A stretch of 64,000 nt of DNA from Eledone cirrhosa (lineage: Eukaryota), in contig OZ024761.1 of assembly GCA_964016885.1 (NCBI GenBank), forward strand, positions 3,100,001 to 3,164,000, written 5' to 3'. The notes beneath the pieces were generated by a model, which was given only the letters and a program-made list of their open reading frames with translations, had not been told where the DNA came from and did no database searches. This document shows positions 55,801 to 64,000 of this stretch, piece after piece (position 1 is the stretch's first letter; each line of letters starts with the position of its first letter). Both the position numbers and the translations under genes were made by a program.

Positions 55801-56685
55801 AGTGTGTATATTACTATATACCAGTTATCCAGTGTGTATATTACTATATACCAACAGTCCAGTGTGTATATTACTATAAACCAGCTGTCCAGTATGTATA
55901 TTAATATACACCAACTTTCAACTGTATATATTACCATATACCAGGTCTCCAGTGTGTATATTACTATATACCAACTGTCCAGTGTCTATAATAATATATA
56001 CCAGCTGTCAGTCTGTATATTACTACATACCAACTGTCCAATGTGTATATTATTATATACTAACCGTCCAAGTGTGTATATTACTATATACCAATTGTCC
56101 AGTGTGTATATTACGATATATCAGCTGTACAGTGTGTATATTACTATATACCAACTGTCCAGTGTGTATATTACTATATACCAGTTATCCAGTGTGTATA
56201 TTACTATATACCAACAGTCCAGTGTGTATATTACTATAAACCAGCTGTCCAGTATGTATATTAATATACACCAATTGTCAACTGTGTATATTACTATATA
56301 CCAACTGTCCAGTGTGTATATTACTATATACCAGTTATCCAGTGTGTATATTACCATATACCAGGTCTCCAGTGTGTATATTACTATATACCAACTGTCC
56401 AGTGTGTATATTACTATATACCAGCTGATTGTCTAGCGTGTATATCACTATATACCAGCTGTCCAGTGTGTATATTACTATATACCAGCTGTCCAATGTG
56501 TATATTACTATATACCAGCTGATTGTCCAGTGTGTATATTACTATATACCAGCTGCCAGTGTGTATATTACTATATACCAGCTGTCCAATATGTATATTA
56601 CTGTATACCAGTTTTCCAGTGTGTATATTACTATATACTAGCTGTCCAGAATGTATATTACTATATACCAGCTGTCCAGTGTGTG
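52826..56685. repeat. 30-bp minisatellite, ~125-130 diverged copies
   Basis: Consensus CCAGTGTGTATATTACTATATACCAACTGT. Confidence 0.95.
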
Positions 56686-56896
56686 TTTTATATATATGTA
56701 TATATATTTAATTAGCTAATTAAATAGCTCTGTACTATACATAGAGCACTCTTCTTTCCTTTACCTTTTCTACGGAAATACATAACATACACACACGCAT
56801 GCATACATGCATACACACATACATACATCCATACATATATACACACACACATAGATACATACATACATATATACATACAAATATATATATATACAT

Positions 56897-57956
56897 ACGG
56901 ATAGTAACACTGACGCAACATCTTCAACAGAGGAAAAAGGTTGGCAACCATCTTGCCCAGGTTTATGAGCATGAAGAAAAAAATATCATTAGGATAGCGA
57001 CTGATCTGGAGGAGAGATATGGAATAAAGCCTGATATAAATCTCTCACCCAGAGAAATCGGAAAATCCTATTCAATGTTCAAACAAGATGAAAACAATTG
57101 ACCAATTTACAGAAAAAGCTGTGCATGGATACTTGAGACGTAAAACACAGACCATAGAGGGGATAAACCACTCAAAAAGCCTGGCATGGAGTTCCGACAA
57201 GTTTATGACATCACACCTTGAGGGATATCTCTATGTAATACAAGAACAAGAACTCCCTACCAAATATCTGCTGTACAAAAGAGAAGGGCCATCAGCTGAC
57301 AATAAATGTAGGCTATGTAAAACAAAGATCGAAGATGTAAGCCACATTGTTGCCAGCTGCGAAAGAATGTCATCTCGCTACTACCTCCCCATGAGACACG
57401 ATGGGATAGCTAGAACCATCTAGAACACACTTCGGAAAACAAAATTAAAAACAAACGAGGAAGAATATATTGAGACAGATGGCACTAAAGAATACTGGTG
57501 GAACCTGAAAATAAAAACTGCCACCAAATTAAAGCACAACCAGCCTGATATTGTTGTTTGAGACCACACATTGAAAACGTGTTCTGTTGTGGAGATCAGC
57601 TGCCCACTTGGTGTAAACTTTGTCAGAAAAATACAGGAGAAGGAGGACATCTACGGACCATTGATGAGGAGTTTACAAATCCAGTATCCAAGATACACCT
57701 TTAGCTTCATACCCATCATTATTGGAGCTACGGGTTATATACCAACCCGCTTGGACCATTGTATAACTGAACTTGGATTTGCGGACAAAGAGCGCAGCTC
57801 CCTAATTCATAGTCTACAAATGGCTGCGGTAGCTGGCACCTTCAAATTTGCAAAACATTCTTGCGATTCAAGGGATGACAATTTCTTTTCTTTTACAACC
57901 TTGCCACCAGGAAGGTGGCCGGTCAAAAATATACTCGAAATTAAGAGAAAGAGATA
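56897..57956 (+). pseudogene. R4/Dong-like non-LTR retrotransposon 3' part (CCHC knuckle + restriction-like endonuclease)
   Basis: VHGY, EGYLYVIQEQELPTKY, CRLC..EDVSHIVASC, RHDGIA, HNQPDIVV, VEISCP, PIIIGATG. Contains stops and frameshifts. Confidence 0.85.
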
Positions 57957-58488
57957 AATATATATATATATATATATACATACATACATATATACATGGT
58001 GGCTGCCAACTCGTTTTCGAGTACGGCCATTACTTTATATCCATGTAGGAGATCCCCCACTAATGCGCTGAACAAGTGTGACTTTTAGTCCAGCTAGTGA
58101 CTTGAAAACTCTGGTACAAACACTACACTTGTGACAATTATTGACACATAGTGCTGGGCCCATGGTACCATGTGATGACAAGTGCAGAGAGATCTCCAGA
58201 TATAAAGCAATGCCTGTGCCGTGAAGCTTTTATAGTGAGCAAAAGCACTGCACAAAGCCAGTCCCACTCGCTTAACCAAGAGGATATTTACCAAAAAGAA
58301 GAACAAGTCAACATCATTGGATACCATCAGGGTTGCAGGTGTTATATCAGAGTTTTCCTTCTCCTAGAATTCTGCCTTGACAAAGGCTAAGGGGTCATCT
58401 CTCCCGGTGATTTTGGATGGCCATACATACATACATACTTACATATATACATACATATGTACGTACATACATATATACATATATATAA

Positions 58489-58557
<69 letters not shown>

Positions 58558-58676
58558 GAAACGGCTTGAGCTCAGCCGTCGGGGTCTTACTTGTTCCTAT
58601 TACCCACTCTATTCCCCTAAGTATTGAGTACTTTGGTGCGTTATGGTCCACCTGGTTCCTTACCACATTTCCTTCG

Positions 58677-58734
<58 letters not shown>

Positions 58735-58859
58735 TACTTGTACTTTATTTTATCGACCCCGTAAGGATGAAAGGCAAAGTTAACATCAATAATAAAAGAT
58801 AATGAATATTATTGATGTTATTGTTTTGATTCTCCGTTGTATCTATATATACCATTGCC

Positions 58860-59550
58860 ATATGTAAAAACTCCAGTATTGTGAGGATTTTATCAGAGGT
58901 AAACACTGTATTTAAGGTCGAGGACGCAACTTCGAGTGCTTAGCGGCACTTAGACTCACCTGATCGATGAAACAATTGTTAATACTAGAAATAAAGCCTC
59001 TTGTTGTACAGCCAACCATGTTACTCTTCATTTTTTCACTATTATTACTCCAAGTTTAACCTGCATAGGAATTCTCGCGAACTCGCTACCTAACTATGGA
59101 AACATCTTGTTGAGTCAAGCAATGCCGTACGTTAAAACTATCCACAATACAGAGTACTCACAACCTCTAACTGGATTACCTATAACGATAACTTGTTATC
59201 CCATATATATATATATATAGTTTCCGAAGATCTAATAGAGTTAACATCGTATTTAAAATTGAGTGGCACTGCTTTTAGTGTTCAGCAATTTTTAGACAAC
59301 TCTATCAGTGAAACAATTGTTAGACTGCAAATAAATCCCCTTTATTGTACTGTTGACCATGTTATTCTCCACTTTTTCAATTTTATTACTCCAAGATAAA
59401 CTTACATAGGAATACAAGTGAAATCATAAACTCGTCATCTACGTAAACCTCTTGTTGAGTCAAGCAACGCCGTACGCTAAAACTATCCATAATAAGAAGT
59501 ATTCACAACCTCTGATTGGATTACCTATAACGATATTTTGTTATCCTTTA
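58860..59550 (+). repeat. Diverged tandem dimer (~340-bp unit), each unit with a degenerate HHR (58875-58986 and 59219-59326)
   Basis: AGTATT-GTGAGGA-[long stem]-GAAA-CAATTG-TT-AATACT and AGTTT-CCGAAGA-[long stem]-GAAA-CAATTG-TT-AGACT. Confidence 0.7.
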
Positions 59551-59553
59551 TAT

Positions 59554-59668
<115 letters not shown>

Positions 59669-60003
59669 CGTACATGTATATGCCGTACTAAGAGTAGTTT
59701 AAACAAATCTTAAAAATTAAATCTTGAATATATCCAATTACATGAAACCGTAGGAATATATCTTGAGAAGTGTTATGTCCAGTCTTGTAGTCTGGTTCAG
59801 AGGTTTCAGTGGTTTCATGTAATTGGACATATTCAAGATTTAGTACGGCACATACACACACACACTCACACACACACACCTATATGTATTTGAATTTCGT
59901 ATTTCTAAAGAAATACGGTATGTTTATAAATAAAGATATTATATATATATGGCGGTGAATTGGATTACCTATAACGATATTTTGTTATCCTTTATATATA
60001 TAT

Positions 60004-60334
60004 ATATTAAACAAATGGAAACTATATTTATAAAACCATATTTATTTCATTATACATATTTCAGGGATACCATATTAAAAATATGGCATGCCTTCGTCAG
60101 ATAAAATACAATATATAAACAGTTTTATAAATAATTTTGACGTACCATAATATAAGCGACCATTAAATTAGGAGGCTGCCTTGGTAGTGAAGTGTATAAT
60201 GAAATAAATATGGTTTTATAAATATAGTTTCCATTTGTTTAATATCGTATATCTACTCCAAAAACTTGTCGAGTGCTTTATATCAGTTATAAAATATTTA
60301 CTTGTTGTAACCCAACAATTTTAAATAAAACTTT

Positions 60335-60338
<4 letters not shown>
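60004..60338. mobile_element. Fold-back PLE-tail module with HHR at 60043-60108 (-)
   Basis: Minus strand: TATTTTAT-CTGACGA-[AGGCATGCCATATT..AATATGGTATCCCT]-GAAA-TATGTA-TA-ATGAAATA. 60004-60053 is inverted at ~60195-60245. Confidence 0.83.
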
Positions 60339-60399
<61 letters not shown>

Positions 60400-60756
60400 G
60401 CACACGCACCGCACGCACACACATACACACAAACTCTCACACAAAATTCAGCTCTGGTTTCTGAGATTCTAAAGTTGACCTTTTCCTTTTCATGATACTT
60501 CTGAATAAATCTAATATGGCTTCACTTTATTTTACATCTGTATTGGTTGAACGACATCAATCCTCTTCAATTTACTTTGCAATATTGTCTCTGTAACCAA
60601 TCTTTTTTCTCCTTTTCATTTCAAAGGTGTTCAATTTGTGCAGTTTCAACTTTGACTTTTCAAGTTGTTCTAGTGAAGGTAAGTAATAGCAATGTTTCTC
60701 ACTTATTGCTAACAGCATCGATTTTCTTTTCAGTGCGTCATATACAGCGCCATCTT

Positions 60757-61388
60757 GATATACCAGACGTACTCTATCGTTATATACCAGACGTCCTCTA
60801 TCATTATATACCAGACGTCCTCTATCGTTATATACCAGATGTCCTTTATCATTATATACCAGATGTCCTCTATCGTTATATACCAGACGTCATCTATCAT
60901 TATATACCAGATGTCCTCTATCGTTATATAACAGACGTCCTCTTCTCTATCATTATATACCTGATGTCCTCTATCAATATATACCAGATGTCCTCTATCA
61001 TTATATACCCGACGTCCTATTCTCTATCATTATATACCAGATGTCCTCTATCAATATATACCAGATGTCCTCTATCATTATATACCAGATGTCCTCTATC
61101 GTTATATACCAGATGTCCTCTATCATCATATACCATGTGTCCTCTATCATTATATACCCGACGTCCTATTCTCTATCGCTATATACCAGATGTCCTCTAT
61201 CATTATATACCAGACGTCCTCTATCGTCATATACCAGATGTCCTCTATCAATATATACCAGATGTCCTCTATCGTTATATACCAGATGTCCCTTCTTCTA
61301 TCATTATATACCCGACGTCCCCTCCTCTATCAATATATACCAGATGTCCTCTATCATTATATACCAGACGTCCTCTATCATTATATAT
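60757..61388. repeat. 24-bp minisatellite (~25 copies, some longer variants)
   Basis: Consensus TATATACCAGATGTCCTCTATCAT. Confidence 0.93.
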
Positions 61389-61655
61389 AGTAACCTCCCC
61401 TTATACTACCGTAGCATGCTAACACTAACAAGTAGCTAGCTCTATGGATGACATTTTCAACTACAATTCATCGGATTGTATCTCTTAATTAGTTCATTAA
61501 ATCTTGTTTCTCTTTAAGTAATAATCGGCTTCCTACTTCCGGTTGTCCCTACATAATTTACATGGCGTCTCCGGCCATTTTAGCCAACAATATCAATACC
61601 GACATAATCCTTAAAACACGTAATTTCAATCCTGTCTAATGAGGAACTTTTAAAT

Positions 61656-61703
<48 letters not shown>

Positions 61704-62059
61704 TTGAGCTCGGAGCGTGGAGGGCCATAGCTCTATGCTGTAAAGCAATTATAATAATACTGAACGGTAACACGAACGGCTTCAACTATACGAACTCTTT
61801 CGAAGGTCATCAGTTGACATATTCTTGTAATCTTGTATCAGTAATTGTTTCTACTTTTGGCACAAGGCCAGCAATTACCCAGTTCATTATCAGTAATGAC
61901 GGTAATTTTTATATATATATATATATATATATGCGTGTAAGTGAGTAGCGTGTGTGTGTTTGTTTGTATGTATGAGTGTTGGTGTGCGCGCGCGCTTGTA
62001 TGTTTGTGTGTGTATGTCGCACGTATAAGTGTCAATAAGTGAGGTTTTTTTGTTTTGTT

Positions 62060-64000
62060 TTTTATGCGCGGGGACATAGAAATAGTCGGGCTGGATACCC
62101 GATCGCGCAGTTAAACCACTGGGAGTGAAGAACCCCTAACCCTTGTCAGGGCATTCTTCTAGGAGAAGGCATCTCAGGAAACTGGGTTAACTCCGACATA
62201 AAACCTGCGGCCCAGTAGTTACCGATGATGTTGATCTTTTCTTCTTTTCGGGTTATAGCTACTGTCGCTCAGAGAGTGGGATTGGCTCAGTGCACAGTCT
62301 CTCCTCACTTTAAAAATATTCGTCACGCACAGGCATTGCACGATGGCATTAATTAATAATTATTAATGCAATCGTGCAATTCTCCTATTGGGGAATTTTT
62401 CATTGTTTCAATTTTCATTTTTATTGTTTATATATATATGTTTCTATGTCTTTTTCTTTTCTTTTCTTATATAAATAATAAAAATCTTTACACGCACAAA
62501 ACCCACATCGTACCGTCCTGTACGAGCTTCGACGTTACGATCTTGATATCGTGGCTTTATCTGAGACGATGTTAGCTGGAGATGGTCATCTTACATAATT
62601 TTGTGGGGAATATACATTCTTCTGGAAAGGAAGAGATGAAGGAACCAGAAGAGAGGCTGGGGTAACATTTGCTGTTAAGACTGTTCTTGTGAATAAATTA
62701 GAAGAATTCCCAGTAGGGATTAGTGAGCGTCTTATGTCCATGAGAATTCCGCTGAACAAAGGAAAATATTCGTCCCTGGTGAGTGTGTATGCTCCAACTA
62801 TGAATTCTGACGATGAAGAAAAAGTGTCCTTTTACCATGCCTTGAAAGGTGTTTTAAGAAATATCCCTCAGGCAGACAAAGTCATCGTGCTTGGTGACTT
62901 TAATGCTAGAGTGGGTAGGGATTTTAACACATGGAATGTAATCGGAAGGCATGGGGGTGGGAAAGTGTAACAACAATGGTATGCTCCTGCTGCAGATGTG
63001 TGAGGAGCTGGATCTGTGTGTTACCAACACCATGTTCCAACAAAAAAACAAATTTAAGACTACATGGATGCATCCTGCATCTAAGGAATGGCATCTTTTG
63101 GACTATGTCCTAGTCAGGATGCGTGACAGACAGGATGTGCAGTGTGTTCGTGCTCTTCGTGGAGCTGAATGCTGGACGGACCACCGCCTGGTACGCGCAA
63201 AAGTGAAACTAATCACTAAACTTAAAATCCGGGCTCCTGGTGTTGCCCTGCCCAGAAGATTGAATGCTGCTCGTCTTATGGATAAAAATGTGAAGAGGAC
63301 ATTGCAAGAAGAGATGCATGTTGCAGATCTTGGTGAGGATGGCCGACCCTTAAAAAGACGGTTTATGATGTAAGCAGGCGTGTTCTGGGATTGGTGCAGA
63401 GAAAACATCAAGACTGGTTTAATGAGAATGATGAACATATAGAAGACTTGTTGGCTGATAAGAGGCGTGCTCTGTCACGCTACTTGACGGCAAAACCACA
63501 GGAGAAGAATATGTTGCATAAGGAACTCAAGGATGTGAAATCACGTGATAGGCGGAGTTTCTCTCAGATGAAGGATCAGTGGTGGAGTGAGAAGGCTGAT
63601 GAGATATAAACTGCGTCAGATTCCAATAACACAAAACTGTTGTACAGTCTCTTGCGTGAGGTTTATGGACCGTCTTCTTCTCTGGTGACACCGCTTCGCA
63701 GCAAGGATGGCAAAGAACTTCTTCGTGACTCACAAGGAATTCTACGAAGGTTGCGAGAGCACTTTCATGAGCTTTTGAATCAACCGTCTGTCGTCAGTGA
63801 AGATTTCCTCAATCTCATTCCAGAAAGTCTTGTGAAAGTAGCTCTCGCAGAACCTCCGACGATTGTGGAGGTTGCAGTGGCTATCTCGAAGCTGAACAGT
63901 GGAAGGTCTCCAGGTATGGATGGCATACATGCAGAGCTCCTACAATATAGTGGTGAGAGACTCCTGCAACATCTTCACTCTTTGTTTGGCAGGATATGGG
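62060..64000 (+). mobile_element. RTE (BovB-like) LINE 5' part: UTR, APE endonuclease and linker; decayed; runs off the right edge
   Basis: DIVALSET, YTFFWKG, SERLM, SVYAPT, LGDFNARVG, TTWMHPASKEWHLLDYVLV, TDHRLV, GRSPGMDGIHAELL. Confidence 0.9.

Noticed and set aside
52623-56715. Cys-rich repeat ORFs (CPVCILLYTN) and the 60547-61439 YIPDVLY ORFs
   Set aside because: By-products of 30- and 24-bp minisatellites, with frequent frameshifts and stops.
62060-62300. Possible HDV-like ribozyme in RTE 5' UTRs (also 34000-34100, minus)
   Set aside because: Known for some RTE elements, but I could not assign the nested double pseudoknot by eye. An RNArobo/Infernal HDV search is needed.

Overview
AT-rich, repeat-saturated eukaryotic (animal) DNA. 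The SINE repertoire and very long (TA)n/(TATG)n tracts resemble an octopus-type cephalopod genome (inference). No intact cellular gene is evident, and nearly all long ORFs are translations of microsatellites. Recognisable protein-coding remnants are all decayed transposons: a Helitron RepHel 3' part, three Penelope-like elements (PLEs; RT/GIY-YIG), and CRE-, CR1-, RTE-, Tx1/L1- and R4-type LINE fragments. There are also many Nin-domain and CORE-type tRNA-SINEs, a hAT MITE, and 55-, 30- and 24-bp satellites. The main hidden signal is non-coding: more than 20 type-I minimal hammerhead-ribozyme (HHR) motifs from about 10 sequence families. They sit in short modules inserted in (TA)n tracts, usually as divergent fold-back pairs. 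They include two near-perfect tandem arrays (466-bp and 310-bp monomers, one HHR per monomer) that look like retrozymes, i.e. circular-RNA retroelements mobilised by PLE reverse transcriptase. A second oddity is a 55-bp satellite made by ~23-fold amplification of a Pol III B-box behind a single A-box. All coordinates were read by eye, and element boundaries are approximate.
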